Positions 17,974 through 28,274 are shown, counted from the stretch's first letter. The stretch: 64,000 nucleotides of DNA from an uncultured Verrucomicrobiae bacterium (GCA_963788065.1 CAWBFF010000008.1:1030784-1094783); one strand, 5' to 3'. The notes: generated by a model not told the origin, from the sequence alone. A program made the numbers and translations.

Positions 17974-19421
17974 GGCTCCGGTTCCTCATCGATGATCCAG
18001 GTGTCTTTGCTCCCGCCGCCTTGCGAGGAATTAACCACCAGCGAGCCCGGCGTCAGCGCCACGCGGGTCAGGCCGCCAGGGATGATCTTGACGCTGTCGC
18101 CGTAAAGAATGTACGGCCGCAAATCCACGTGCCGCCCATGCATCTCGCCGCCAGAAAAGGCGGGCGAGCGCGACAGCGGGACCACGGGCTGCGCGATGTA
18201 GTTGCGCGGATTCTGCCGCACGCGCTCGCGAAAGTCATCGCACTCCGCCTTGGTCGCTTGCGTGCCTACGAGCATGCCGTAGCCGCCGCTTTCATTTGCC
18301 GCTTTGATGACCAACTCGGGCACGTGCTCGAGAATGTAGGCGAGGTCCTCCTTCACCGAAGCCAGATAGGTCGGGACGTTTGGCAGAATCGGATCTTCCT
18401 GCAGATAATAGCGGATCATCTTCGGGACGTAGTGATAGACGACCTTGTCGTCGGCCACGCCAGTGCCGATGGCGTTGGCCAGGCTGACGTTGCCGTTGCG
18501 ATACGCTTCGACCAACCCGGGCACGCCGAGGCCAGAGTCTTTACGGAAAACCTGCGGATCGAGGAAGTCGTCGTTGATCCGGCGGTAGATCACGTCCACC
18601 TGCTTCAGTCCCTTCGTCGTGCGCATGAAAACCTTCCCGCCCTGCGTTACGAGATCGCGGCCTTCCACGATCTCGATTCCCATCGAGCGCGCGAGGAAGG
18701 AATGCTCGAAATACGCGGAGTTGTATGTTCCCGGGGTGAGGAGCACGACCGTCGGGTCGGCCTTGCCCTGCGGCGCGACGTAGCGCAGGACGTTAAGCAA
18801 CTCCTGGCTGTAATCCTCCACCGGCCGCACGCGATATTGCCCGAGCAAAGTCGGAAAGACGCGCTTCATCGCCTGGCGATTTTCCAGGACGTAGGAAACG
18901 CCGGAGGGACAGCGCGCGTTATCTTCCAGGACGAGATAATTGCCCTCGCGATCGCGAATCAGATCCGTTCCGCAGATGTGGATGTAGACGTTGCGCGGCA
19001 CATCGAAGAACATGAACTCCGGCCGAAAATGCGCCGCCTCCCAAACGATATGCTTCGGGATGGTGCCGTCGCGCAGGATGCTTTGGTTATGGTAGATGTC
19101 GTGCAGGAAAAGATTCAGCGCCGTGATCCGCTGAATCAGGCCGCGCTCCACCCGCTCCCATTCCTGCGCCGGAATGATGCGCGGGACGAGATCGAACGGG
19201 AAGATCCGCTCCGTCCCCGCATCGTCGTTATAGACGGTGAACGTGATCCCCTGGGTCAGAAAAGTAGCCGCGGCCAGTGCGCGCTTCTTCTCAAAGTCAT
19301 CGCGCGGCATCTCCTTGAATCGCGCCAGCAATTTGCTGTAATGAGGCCGCACCATTTCGGGCGCAGTAAACATTTCATCGAAAAATTCCCCGACATCGTA
19401 ACCGGAGAAAAAGTCGCCCAC
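17967..19421 (-). CDS. circularly permuted type-2 ATP-grasp protein (COG2308-type)
   Basis: 484 aa. The family-typical C-terminal block [13 protein letters not shown] and N-terminal FDEMF...PHY are present. The alpha-E partner gene lies immediately downstream. Confidence 0.85.
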   Translation of the reverse strand: MGDFFSGYDVGEFFDEMFTAPEMVRPHYSKLLARFKEMPRDDFEKKRALAAATFLTQGITFTVYNDDAGTERIFPFDLVPRIIPAQEWERVERGLIQRITALNLFLHDIYHNQSILRDGTIPKHIVWEAAHFRPEFMFFDVPRNVYIHICGTDLIRDREGNYLVLEDNARCPSGVSYVLENRQAMKRVFPTLLGQYRVRPVEDYSQELLNVLRYVAPQGKADPTVVLLTPGTYNSAYFEHSFLARSMGIEIVEGRDLVTQGGKVFMRTTKGLKQVDVIYRRINDDFLDPQVFRKDSGLGVPGLVEAYRNGNVSLANAIGTGVADDKVVYHYVPKMIRYYLQEDPILPNVPTYLASVKEDLAYILEHVPELVIKAANESGGYGMLVGTQATKAECDDFRERVRQNPRNYIAQPVVPLSRSPAFSGGEMHGRHVDLRPYILYGDSVKIIPGGLTRVALTPGSLVVNSSQGGGSKDTWIIDEEPEPC

Positions 19422-19455
19422 CCGCTCAGTCTGGCAGTCCGAAAATCCGACGCAA

Positions 19456-20172
19456 ATGGAAAACCGTTCTTCGCTGGCGAAGTCTCACGAACAGGCGTGC
19501 GTCCGGGTGGCGTCATTTTTTGGCGCGCGCTGGCTGCGACACTACGTGGCGAGCAAGTTACGCTCCGATCCTGTCTTTTCGGCTGCCTTTGAAATCCTGC
19601 GCGCATCGCGCGAGCCGTTGCTCGATGTCGGCTGTGGCGTCGGGCTGCTTCCCTTTTATTTGCGGGAGCGCGGACTCCGGCAAGCCATCACCGGGCTCGA
19701 TATTGACCGCCGCAAGGTGCGCCGCGGCACGGACGTGGCGGGCAAAAATTACGCCGGCGTGGCCTTGCTTGAGCATGACATCGTCACGCAGGAGCTCTCC
19801 GATTTCCGCGGCAATATCGTGCTCTTCGACCTTCTGCATTATCTCCCGCCGAGCGTGCAGCCGACGCTGCTGCGGCGGCTGGCGCGGTGTGTGCCGCCGG
19901 GCGGATGGCTCTTGTTGCGCGATTCGCCGCGCGACGGTTCCGCGCGTTCCTGGATGACGCGCACCGGCGAACGCTTCGCCCAGACCATCACCTGGAATAC
20001 GAACGCGCCCCTTCATTACCCCGCGCTCTCAGCGATTCATTCCGCTTTCCCCGAATCGGAATGGACCGCGCGCGACCAACCGGCCTGGGGCCGCACGCCC
20101 TTCAACAATCGGTTGTTCATCTTTCAGCGACGGCAAAGCGTCACGTCCGCAACTGTTCCGGCGATGGTATGA
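19456..20172 (+). CDS. class I SAM-dependent methyltransferase
   Basis: SAM motif [16 protein letters not shown], with an acidic residue after beta-2 (GLDID). 238 aa. Confidence 0.7.
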   Translation: MENRSSLAKSHEQACVRVASFFGARWLRHYVASKLRSDPVFSAAFEILRASREPLLDVGCGVGLLPFYLRERGLRQAITGLDIDRRKVRRGTDVAGKNYAGVALLEHDIVTQELSDFRGNIVLFDLLHYLPPSVQPTLLRRLARCVPPGGWLLLRDSPRDGSARSWMTRTGERFAQTITWNTNAPLHYPALSAIHSAFPESEWTARDQPAWGRTPFNNRLFIFQRRQSVTSATVPAMV

Positions 20173-20965
20173 CAAAACGAAAACCGCGCGCCGTGAGCGT
20201 TTGCAAGGTCTGCTCGAGGCAACTGGGGTGAAATCCTGGCGCGCGTTGCGTCCGATGCCCCTCGTGCAGGACGATGATCGCTCCCGGCTTGGCACGCTTC
20301 GCGATGCGCGCGGTCACTGCCGCGGGGTCGCGGAGCACCGTATCCAGTCCTCGCACCGTCCAGCCGATCAAGCCCAGTCCGCGCCGCCGAAGCGCGGGAT
20401 GGAGAAACATGTTCTTGAGTCCGGCCGGTGCGCGAAAGAAATGCGCGGCGCGATCCGCAGTGCTGCGAAGCGTCTCCGCGCCGCGATCGATTTCGTGGCC
20501 GATTCTTGCCGGTCCCGCACACCAGAAGCTGCCGCCGGGATGAGTGTAAGTGTGATTGGCAATGGAGTGCCCACGAGCCAGGATTTCCGTAATGAGGTGA
20601 GGGTATTTTTCCGCACGCGCCCCAATGACGAAGAACGTCGCGCGCGCCTCATATTGTTCCAGCAGATCCAGCATCTTCACCGTGTGCGTCGGCGACGGAC
20701 CGTCGTCGATCGTGAGCCAGATTTCCGGCGCGGTAGTGTGGAAGCGAGTAAAGACCGGCCCCCACCATTGGCAATTTGGAACCAGCGTCGCGTAAAGGAT
20801 GAGCAGGTGCGAAAAAAAGAGCGGAGCGAGCGCGAGCCACACGCTGGCGCCGCGGAGCGCGAAGCCGAGCGAAAGCAAAGGTGCGAGCAGGGCAAAGCCG
20901 AGCAGCGCCGCGCGGGGCACGTTGGATTTAGCGGGCGGCTGATTCATCGCGAGGGCGAAGCGCAA
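20141..20965 (-). CDS. polysaccharide deacetylase (NodB-homology, CE4) with N-terminal TM segments
   Basis: NodB motifs LTIDDGPSP, ATFFVIG and IANHTYTHP, with two hydrophobic helices before the domain. Confidence 0.85.
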   Translation of the reverse strand: MRFALAMNQPPAKSNVPRAALLGFALLAPLLSLGFALRGASVWLALAPLFFSHLLILYATLVPNCQWWGPVFTRFHTTAPEIWLTIDDGPSPTHTVKMLDLLEQYEARATFFVIGARAEKYPHLITEILARGHSIANHTYTHPGGSFWCAGPARIGHEIDRGAETLRSTADRAAHFFRAPAGLKNMFLHPALRRRGLGLIGWTVRGLDTVLRDPAAVTARIAKRAKPGAIIVLHEGHRTQRAPGFHPSCLEQTLQTLTARGFRFVIPSPEQLRT

Positions 20966-21326
20966 GCAGCGCGGCCGCCAGCAGATTCAAGATTACAGCC
21001 GCAATCCAAATGCCTCCCACCACGCTCAGCCACGAGCCTGTGCGCAGGAGTTCGCAGGCGAAGGCCGTGGTCATGAGGCCGACGAGAATGCTTTGCGCAC
21101 GATCGTTTGGCAGTGTGCGCATGAATCCGCAAGCGCGCAGAAAGACGACGAGAAGGGAGTTCGCATACAAGACAATCAGCCACGCCAGCCAGACGAGCAC
21201 GGCGATCGGCAATAAGCCAAGCGCCTGCTGCCATAGCGGCAAGCGGCCGAGCAGCGCATGCGCCACAAAAAGGTAAACCACACCATGGACTGCGGTGCCG
21301 ATTACACGGGTTTCCAGCCAGTTCAT
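20928..21326 (-). CDS. small hypothetical membrane protein (4 TM helices)
   Basis: From ATG 21326: MNWLETRVIGTAVHGVVYLFVAHALLG..., with four hydrophobic helices. The longer ORF (to 21560) has an Arg-rich non-coding-looking N-terminus that overlaps the upstream gene. It sits between the acyltransferase and deacetylase genes on the same strand. Confidence 0.45.
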   Translation of the reverse strand: MNWLETRVIGTAVHGVVYLFVAHALLGRLPLWQQALGLLPIAVLVWLAWLIVLYANSLLVVFLRACGFMRTLPNDRAQSILVGLMTTAFACELLRTGSWLSVVGGIWIAAVILNLLAAALLALRPRDESAAR

Positions 21327-21396
21327 TTCCGTTCGCGCATCGGATCCGCCGCGCCAGCGCGTGAGCAGGCGCGGAAGGGAAAAATAGAAAGCTGGC

Positions 21397-22314
21397 TCAG
21401 CGTTTCGCATCGGCGGTGAAAGTGGGCACGAGCGCGAACCATTGTTCCCAGTATTCGCTGATCGTCTCTTGCAGAATCGTCCGCCAGCGCGCCATCGCCT
21501 CTTGCGTATCTTCGTCGCGCGAACGCGTCGTGCGGGTGACGTGGATCGGCGGGTGCGCAATGATGCGGTAGCTGCGATATCCGCTCCGCACGAAAAAGAG
21601 CGGATAGATCGGCACCTGCGCCACGAGCGCCAAAGTGAAGGGACCGCTCGGCAACATCACCGGTTGACCGAAGAGAGTGCCCTCGGCGTTGGCCGCTTCG
21701 GGAATTCCGCGGTCGCCCTGAATGGAGACGATCTCGCCGCCGCGGACTGCGCTGAGAAGATCGAACGAAAGGAGCGGACCCTTCGTGCTGTAGTCGATCT
21801 TGACCGCTCCGTCGCCCGTTTGCCGCAGCGATGCGCGGAGATGGGCCTCGCTCTCGGTGTCACTCTCCGGAGCGCGCACGACGCGGATTTCGCGCGCGAA
21901 TTTTTGCGCAAAAATCGCGGCGCCGAGATCGTAGTTGCCCATGTGCGCAGTCAGCACAATCGCGCCTCCGCCGGTGCCCAATTGCTCGAGGAATTCCGCG
22001 CCACGAATTTCGTAGCGGAAGTCCGCTTTCGTCAGCTTGAACTTCGCGCCGTCGGTAATGGACCAGGCGAAGTTATGCAGAGTGCGATACGCGCGCAGAT
22101 AATTGGCCCACCGGCTCGAGCCCGGAAGGATGACGGCGAGATTGCTCATGATCGCTCGGCGCGCGGGCGCAGCGAAAAAGAAGAAGAAGACCGTGGTCAT
22201 CGCGATCAGCATCGGCTGCAGATAAAAGGGCACGTTGCGCAGAGCCCAATCCAGATACTCCCGCCAAAAAACGCCGCGAACGGCGAAGCGCCGCAAAGAA
22301 GCGCGTGCGCTCAA
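21397..22314 (-). CDS. LpxL/HtrB-family lysophospholipid / lipid A acyltransferase
   Basis: 305 aa with an N-terminal TM helix (YLQPMLIAMTTVFFFFFAA). The HX4D-type acyltransferase motif lies in LTAHMGNYDLGA. The start abuts the stop of the upstream halogenase-like gene. Confidence 0.8.
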   Translation of the reverse strand: MSARASLRRFAVRGVFWREYLDWALRNVPFYLQPMLIAMTTVFFFFFAAPARRAIMSNLAVILPGSSRWANYLRAYRTLHNFAWSITDGAKFKLTKADFRYEIRGAEFLEQLGTGGGAIVLTAHMGNYDLGAAIFAQKFAREIRVVRAPESDTESEAHLRASLRQTGDGAVKIDYSTKGPLLSFDLLSAVRGGEIVSIQGDRGIPEAANAEGTLFGQPVMLPSGPFTLALVAQVPIYPLFFVRSGYRSYRIIAHPPIHVTRTTRSRDEDTQEAMARWRTILQETISEYWEQWFALVPTFTADAKR

Positions 22315-23894
22315 GATCGGGGAAGCGCGGGCGCCCCGCCCGCTGTCTTCGGCGCTTCGCCAAAAACGCTCTGCGCATACTGCGGGACTTTTGTCTCGTT
22401 AGGCGTGGAACGGAGCATCAAGCGCAGATTGGTCAGCTCCGCGCGCCACCAGCGGAAGAGTCCCTTTTGGATCAGCTTCCGCACACGGAAGTCGGGGACG
22501 AAGCCGTCGTAGAGTTCGCGCCAGCCGGCGTTGTTGCGACCGAAGGTGCCGGTGGCCAAACGGCGCCGCGCGAGCGCGACCAGGCGGCGATTGTAGAAAC
22601 TCATCATGCCCGCCACGATGCGCCCGGGCGTCCCCTCAAAAGGCAGGCGCGCGAACTCGCGTTCCGGGTTTTTGTAGGTCGGCGTGACGAGCCCGACGAA
22701 ATACGATCCGACATCGAGGAGCAACGCAGCTGACATCAGCTCGGCGTCGCCCATGTAGAAATATTTGTCCTTGTAGAGCGTCTCGAACCAGCGCCGATAC
22801 GTGAGCGGATATTGCTCGTTATAATAAGCGAGGCGCGCGGAAACATCTTCGCCCGCCAGCTGCGCTGCCAACATCTCCGCCACGGTGTACGTCGTGTAGG
22901 AACAAAAATCGAGCCCTGGGCTGTAGAGCGGATCGATGAAGCCGGCCGCGTCGCCCACCATGGCCCAGCCGGGCCCGCAGACCTGCGTGTTCGAATAGGG
23001 GAGCGCAGAGAACGCGTGCACGTCGCCTTCCACGATTTTCGCTGCGGAAAAAATCTCGCTTCCGATCGGATGACTGACGAGGTGGCTGCGAAGTCGCTCG
23101 CCTAAGTTTGCGCCCTCCGCCAAACGGAAAATGCGCGAGTCGTAGACCAAACCGGCGCTGACATCGCCACCCTTCAGCGGAATGATCCAGCACCACCAGC
23201 CGTGGCCCATAAGGTGATTCGTCGCCCAGGAACGTCCCGTGCGACAGGCGTTCGCGTAGTCTGGAAACCGCTCGCGCCAATCGTAGCTGTCCCAATCTTT
23301 CACGCCGGAGAAACGCGCCCAGACGGCGTTGATCGGATGCTCGGTGTTTGGCCGGAAGTAGCCGAGCTTGCGCCCGAGGATAGCCGCGCGGCCGCTCGCA
23401 TCCACTACCCAACGCGCGCGAACGGTTTCCTCAGCGCCATTGATCGAAAAGGAAACCTGCGACCCATCCGCACCTTCCAATTCGAGCGCGGTCACCTTCG
23501 CCGGCCGTCGTAACTCGCAGCCGGCCGCCACTGCCATTTCCAACATGTGCGTATCGAGTGTAGCGCGATCCACCTGAAAAGTGGGGAGCCGCGCCTGATA
23601 GCGCGCGCCGACTTCCACGCAATCGTCGAACGGCTGGTCGGCGCGGTTCGAAAACCACATCCGCAACCCTTGCTTCACCAGTTGGTGATGCCCGAGATAG
23701 GTGCTCAACCCGAGAATCCGCGTCATGTAGGCGCTGCTGACCTCGGTCGTCGATTCGCCCACTTTGCGGTCGAACTCCGCCGCCTTTTCGATGAGGAGAA
23801 CGCGCGCCGCGGGATGCTTGCGCTTCACGATGAGACCGGTCGCCGCGCCCGAGAACGCGCCCCCGATAATCACGACATCATAATCGCAGTCCAT
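22311..23894 (-). CDS. FAD-dependent halogenase-like oxidoreductase
   Basis: From ATG 23894: MDCDYDVVIIGGAFSGAATG (GxGxxG dinucleotide fold) and VVDASGRAA. The flavin-halogenase signature WxWxIP reads GWWCWIIP (codons 23178-23195). The 309-nt extension of the ORF to 24203 looks non-coding. Confidence 0.8.
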   Translation of the reverse strand: MDCDYDVVIIGGAFSGAATGLIVKRKHPAARVLLIEKAAEFDRKVGESTTEVSSAYMTRILGLSTYLGHHQLVKQGLRMWFSNRADQPFDDCVEVGARYQARLPTFQVDRATLDTHMLEMAVAAGCELRRPAKVTALELEGADGSQVSFSINGAEETVRARWVVDASGRAAILGRKLGYFRPNTEHPINAVWARFSGVKDWDSYDWRERFPDYANACRTGRSWATNHLMGHGWWCWIIPLKGGDVSAGLVYDSRIFRLAEGANLGERLRSHLVSHPIGSEIFSAAKIVEGDVHAFSALPYSNTQVCGPGWAMVGDAAGFIDPLYSPGLDFCSYTTYTVAEMLAAQLAGEDVSARLAYYNEQYPLTYRRWFETLYKDKYFYMGDAELMSAALLLDVGSYFVGLVTPTYKNPEREFARLPFEGTPGRIVAGMMSFYNRRLVALARRRLATGTFGRNNAGWRELYDGFVPDFRVRKLIQKGLFRWWRAELTNLRLMLRSTPNETKVPQYAQSVFGEAPKTAGGAPALPRS

Positions 23895-24023
23895 TAGCCG
23901 CGAAGATGATCGGCTGACTGCCGACGGAACGCAACGCATCGCCGGTCCGCGCGCGGATGCCAAAAAGGCGGACCTTCGAATTCGCTGCCGCGCGCAAAGG
24001 CGACTGTGTAGCATGTTCGTCCC

Positions 24024-25013
24024 ATGCCCAGCCCCACCCGCATCGACATGCATGTGCACATGGTGGGCAACGGCGTCGCAGGCTCGGGCGGCTGGCTGCG
24101 GCTGAATGGCTGGCATCGTTGGCTGGGCGGTTTCATGATCAAACAGCTCGGCTTTCCCGCCGCGGTTTTGCAGCAGGATTTGGAAAGCGTCTACGCCGAG
24201 CATCTGCTTGGTTTGATTCGGAGCTCATCGCTTGAGGCTGTTGTCCTGCTCGCGCATGAGCAGGTCCACGATCCGGATGGAACAGCGCGTCCCGATCTCG
24301 GCTCCATGTATGTGCCGAACGATGTCGTGCTCGATCTCGCGGCGAGGCATCCGGAATTTCTCGCCGGCGTTTCCATTCATCCCGCGCGGCGCGATGCGCT
24401 TGAGGAACTGGAGCGCTGCCTGGCGCGCGGGGCGGTGCTGATGAAGTGTCTGCCAAATTGCCAAAACATCGATTGCTCCGATCCGCGCTACCGCCCGTTT
24501 TGGGAACGAATGGCGGAAGCGCGGCTGCCGCTGCTCGCGCATACCGGGGGCGAAAACACCGTGCCGGTCGTGAACGCCGCGCTGGCCGATCCGAAATTAC
24601 TGCGCCTGCCGTTGCAGTGCGGCGTCAATGTCATCGCCGCTCATTGCGCGACGAAGAGCGGACCGTTCGATCCCGATTACTTCGACGATTGGGTGGCGAT
24701 GCTGGCGGAGTTTCCGAATCTCTATGGCGATATTAGCGCGATGGTTTCGCTCAATCGCTGCGCGCACTTGCGCGATTGTCTGCGACCGGAAATTCTCCTG
24801 CGCATTCTGCACGGGAGCGATTTTCCGGTGCCGGTCTTGGGCCATCGTTTGTGCATGAACGGCACGATGGCCTGGAGTGAATTTCGCCGGCTGCAGGCGA
24901 TCGCGAATCCGCTCGAGCGCGATTGGCAATTCAAGCGCGCACTCGGGTTTTCGGAAGCAACACGTGCCCGCGCTGCGAGTGTTCTGCGATTAGCCGAGGC
25001 TGTTTTGGCGTGA
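24024..25013 (+). CDS. metal-dependent amidohydrolase (amidohydrolase-2-like TIM barrel)
   Basis: Opens IDMHVHMVGNG (HxH metal motif), with later LLAHTGGE and HGSDFPVPV. 329 aa. Substrate unknown. Confidence 0.7.
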   Translation: MPSPTRIDMHVHMVGNGVAGSGGWLRLNGWHRWLGGFMIKQLGFPAAVLQQDLESVYAEHLLGLIRSSSLEAVVLLAHEQVHDPDGTARPDLGSMYVPNDVVLDLAARHPEFLAGVSIHPARRDALEELERCLARGAVLMKCLPNCQNIDCSDPRYRPFWERMAEARLPLLAHTGGENTVPVVNAALADPKLLRLPLQCGVNVIAAHCATKSGPFDPDYFDDWVAMLAEFPNLYGDISAMVSLNRCAHLRDCLRPEILLRILHGSDFPVPVLGHRLCMNGTMAWSEFRRLQAIANPLERDWQFKRALGFSEATRARAASVLRLAEAVLA

Positions 25014-25017
25014 TGTC

Positions 25018-26205
25018 ATGACGATCTTCACCAACGGTCGCGTCATTTGTGCGGAAGGAATTGAAGAGGGCCTCGCGGTCGTCTGCGAAGGTGGGCGCAT
25101 CACCGAACTGCGCGCGGAACGCGTGGCCGGCGAGACGATCGACTTGGCAGGGAATTTCCTCGCGCCGGGATTCGTCGACCTTCATCTCCACGGCGCTCTG
25201 GGCCGAGACACGATGGAAGGAACGCCAGACGCGTTTCGCGCGATCTGCGATTACCACGCCAGCGGCGGGACGACTTCACTTCTTCTCACCACGGCTACGG
25301 CGCCGTTGCCGGAGATCGTCGATGTCTTGCGCAAGGTGGCCGATTGCCGCGCGGAGTTTCCGCAAATCGCCGGCGTCCATGTGGAGGGGCCGTTTATTTC
25401 CCGCGCACGAGCGGGCGCCCAGCGGGCCGAGTTCATCTGTGATCCGAGCGCGCATGCGGTGTCGGAGTTGGTCGAATACAAAAGGATCATCAAACGCATT
25501 ACGCTGGCGCCGGAACTGCCGGGCGCGCTGGAGGCGATCGAGCGCTTTAGCGCGGCCGGGATCGCGGTCAGCGCCGGGCACAGCGATGCCTGGGATGAAG
25601 AAGCGCGCGCGGCTTTCGAGCGCGGCCTGCGTCACGCCACCCACACTTTCAACTGCATGTCGGGTCAGCGCCGCCGCGATGGGAAACGCATCGCGGGCTT
25701 GCTCGAGTTTGCTTTGAGCGAGCCCGCGATCGTTTGCGAATTGATCGCGGATGGCCACCACGTTTCGACGACGTTAATGAGGATGCTGTATCGCGCGAAA
25801 GGTGCGGCGGGGATTTGTCTGGTTACGGATGCGACGGCGGGGGCAGGCTTGCCGGACGGTTCGACGTTCTCGCTCGCGGGGCGGGAGTGTGTGCTGACGG
25901 AGGGCGCTTGTTATCTGGCGGATCGCTCAGCGCTGGCGGGAAGCGCTGCGCGCATGATTGATTTGGTGCGCGGCATGGTGCGCGAGGTCGGCGTGTCGCT
26001 GCCTGAGGCGGTGGCGATGGCGAGCGCGAATCCGGCGCGCGCCGCTGGGTTAACAGGCAAAGGAAAAATGGAAGTGGGCGCCGACGCGGACTTCGTTGTT
26101 TTCACGCCGGACTTCGAGGTGGTGCAAACCTACCAGGCCGGCGCACCGCTGCTTAGAGCGAGAGAAGGAAGCGCGCCGTCTCGAGCGACGCGGCTGGGCG
26201 GCTGA
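25018..26205 (+). CDS. nagA: N-acetylglucosamine-6-phosphate deacetylase
   Basis: Motifs FVDLHLHGALG, HVEGPFIS, SAGHSDA, ATHTFNCM, LVTDATAGAG. Confidence 0.9.
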   Translation: MTIFTNGRVICAEGIEEGLAVVCEGGRITELRAERVAGETIDLAGNFLAPGFVDLHLHGALGRDTMEGTPDAFRAICDYHASGGTTSLLLTTATAPLPEIVDVLRKVADCRAEFPQIAGVHVEGPFISRARAGAQRAEFICDPSAHAVSELVEYKRIIKRITLAPELPGALEAIERFSAAGIAVSAGHSDAWDEEARAAFERGLRHATHTFNCMSGQRRRDGKRIAGLLEFALSEPAIVCELIADGHHVSTTLMRMLYRAKGAAGICLVTDATAGAGLPDGSTFSLAGRECVLTEGACYLADRSALAGSAARMIDLVRGMVREVGVSLPEAVAMASANPARAAGLTGKGKMEVGADADFVVFTPDFEVVQTYQAGAPLLRAREGSAPSRATRLGG

Positions 26206-27250
26206 GCTGCGCGGTATTAGCCGACCATTCGCGCCAGAGCGCGGCGTCGTTGGCGAAGGCCGCCCGCACCGTGGCCATGATCGCGGAATGGCTCGTGGCG
26301 ATGACGCCGGAGTTTGTCTCGACGAGGAACCGGGCGTTGCCCTCTTCCTGGCCCGGGATGACGTGATTGACGATCATCGGGCAGCCGGCTGCGATCGCTT
26401 CCTGCACAGTGGCGCCACCGGCTTTGCTGATGAGGAGATGACTGGCGCGGAGCAGGCGCGGCATTTCTTCGCTCCAGCCGACAATTTCAAACGGGCGCAA
26501 GGCGAGGCGACGCAAATTCTCGATCGATTTGCGCAAGCGCCGATCGCGCCCGACCGCGACGGTGAGCGTGATGCCGCGGAGGGCGTCGAGGCGCAGAACC
26601 AATTCCGGCGCGAGCGCCTGGCGGGCATTGATGAGATACAAAACACGCGCCTCCTGCTCGGTCGGCAACGCGCGAAATTCTCCCGGTTCCGCAAACTCGG
26701 GACTGACCGGAAAACCGAAATCGCGGGTCTTCTCCGGCGCGATGCCCGCGCGATGGAGGACAGCCGCGCTGCGCGCGTTGGGGAGGAGGAAGTAGTTCGC
26801 GCAGCATCGATACCAGATGGCGTTGACGGTGAGGGAGTCGGTGATGACGACCACGCGTTTCGCGTCGCCCGCGCGGATGGGCCCCAGCATCTCGTCGAGC
26901 ATGTGGGAGTAGGCGGGATACACCGAGACGATCACGTCTGGCGCGAAGGTCTCGAGCAGCTGGCGGAAGCGCTGCTTGAGCGTGAAGAAAACTTTGAAGC
27001 CGCCGGCAAATTTCTGCTGGCGATCGAGCCAACGATAAACATTGGCCCAGGCGTTCGGCATTTGGTTGATAAGGCCGAGGTAGAGTTCGCGCGCCCAGGT
27101 GTTGGCGGGGCCGTAGGTTTCGGCAAAGAGGTCGTGCACTTCCACCCGCACGTCGCGGCCCGCGAGGCGGGCGAGACCTTCCCGAATGCCGCGCGCGGCG
27201 CTGTTATGGCCCTCGCCGAAAGCGGCGGTCAGGATCAGGATTTTTTTCAA
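26153..27250 (-). CDS. GT28-type glycosyltransferase (MGDG synthase / UgtP-like diacylglycerol glycosyltransferase family)
   Basis: Opens MKKILILTAAFGEGHNSAARGI. The C-terminal half has LISKAGGATVQEAIAAGCPMIV, a nucleotide-sugar binding motif of the MurG/MGDG family. Confidence 0.85.
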   Translation of the reverse strand: MKKILILTAAFGEGHNSAARGIREGLARLAGRDVRVEVHDLFAETYGPANTWARELYLGLINQMPNAWANVYRWLDRQQKFAGGFKVFFTLKQRFRQLLETFAPDVIVSVYPAYSHMLDEMLGPIRAGDAKRVVVITDSLTVNAIWYRCCANYFLLPNARSAAVLHRAGIAPEKTRDFGFPVSPEFAEPGEFRALPTEQEARVLYLINARQALAPELVLRLDALRGITLTVAVGRDRRLRKSIENLRRLALRPFEIVGWSEEMPRLLRASHLLISKAGGATVQEAIAAGCPMIVNHVIPGQEEGNARFLVETNSGVIATSHSAIMATVRAAFANDAALWREWSANTAQLSRPAASLETARFLLSL

Positions 27251-27335
27251 AACTCGTTAGGCCGAATGTGGGCGCGGGTGTTTCAAGGAAAGCCGTGCGC
27301 CTGTCTCAAATCGCAGGCGAGCGGCGCGTCCGGAG

Positions 27336-28274
27336 ATGAGAATGGATATTTATGGCAGGCAAAGTAAACTCTCGACCGCGATGAGACGCCTCAAATTCGT
27401 CGGCCGCGTGACCCGGCGTTTGCTCTGGGAAACGGCCACCGACAACACCACCGGCCTGGCTGCGCAGATGGCGTATCAGTTCCTCTTCACTCTCGCGCCG
27501 GGCCTGCTGTTTCTCTGGCATTTGCTCGGGCTTTTCGGCACCGATCCCGCGAAGCTGCACCAGATGTTTTCCATTTTGAAGAGCTTCCTCCCGCCCGATC
27601 CGAAAGTGCAGGATATCCTCGACGCGGCGGTCGCGAACGTGGTCACGACCGGGTCGAGCGGCCTGCTGGGGAACGTGGGGATCGTGCTCGGGGTCTGGCT
27701 GGGGACGCTCTTTATCTCCACTATTTCGCACGCGCTCAGCCGGACGCATGGGGTGGCGGAGGATCGGAACTGGTGGTCGAAATATGTCATCGCGTTCTTT
27801 CTTCTCTTTTGGTTTGGGATCACGATTCTGTTTTGCTTTAACGCGATGGTCTTCGGCGAAAAGCTGGCTGGAATCGCGGAAGTAAATTTCCAGCTCTCGA
27901 TTCCGTTGCAGGCGTGGGTGGCGTTTCTTAATCTGCCGTTAACGGCAGTGGCGCTGACTTTTCTGGCGCTCGGGTTGTATCTTTTGACGCCGGAAAATTA
28001 TCTGACCTTCCGGCAGGCGTTTCCGGGCGCGGTGCTCTTCGCCATCGGGTGGGTCATCGTGACCAAGCTCTTCCAGATTTACGTGGCGAAATACGATCGC
28101 TATAACCCGACCTACCTGGCGCTCGCATCCATCATCGTCCTGCTCACCTGGATGTATCTCACCTGCCTGCTGCTTTTGTTAGGCGGAAAACTCAATGCCA
28201 TCCTGGGGCGTGAGCGCGAACGCGCCGCGAAGCGGGCAGAGGCGGAAGCGGCCGCGGCCCTAGAGCCAGCTTGA
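27336..28274 (+). CDS. YihY/BrkB-family membrane protein
   Basis: Family-typical AAQMAYQFLFTLAPGLLFL, six TM helices, and a charged C-terminal tail. Confidence 0.85.
   Translation: MRMDIYGRQSKLSTAMRRLKFVGRVTRRLLWETATDNTTGLAAQMAYQFLFTLAPGLLFLWHLLGLFGTDPAKLHQMFSILKSFLPPDPKVQDILDAAVANVVTTGSSGLLGNVGIVLGVWLGTLFISTISHALSRTHGVAEDRNWWSKYVIAFFLLFWFGITILFCFNAMVFGEKLAGIAEVNFQLSIPLQAWVAFLNLPLTAVALTFLALGLYLLTPENYLTFRQAFPGAVLFAIGWVIVTKLFQIYVAKYDRYNPTYLALASIIVLLTWMYLTCLLLLLGGKLNAILGRERERAAKRAEAEAAAALEPA

Noticed and set aside
18021-19592. 523-aa plus-strand ORF opposite the ATP-grasp gene
   Set aside because: The minus-strand frame carries the conserved ATP-grasp family blocks. The plus-strand translation is Arg/His/Asp-rich with no motif.
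23895-24203. Long N-terminal ORF extensions (halogenase-like 23895-24203; also dgt 5390-5509, ABC 35076-35177, PKS 53420-53533, sigma 62294-62482)
   Set aside because: The extensions are Arg/Ala/Pro-rich, overlap divergent genes or promoter regions, and precede the point where the conserved N-terminal motif and a good ATG/GTG occur. They were treated as open upstream frame, not coding.
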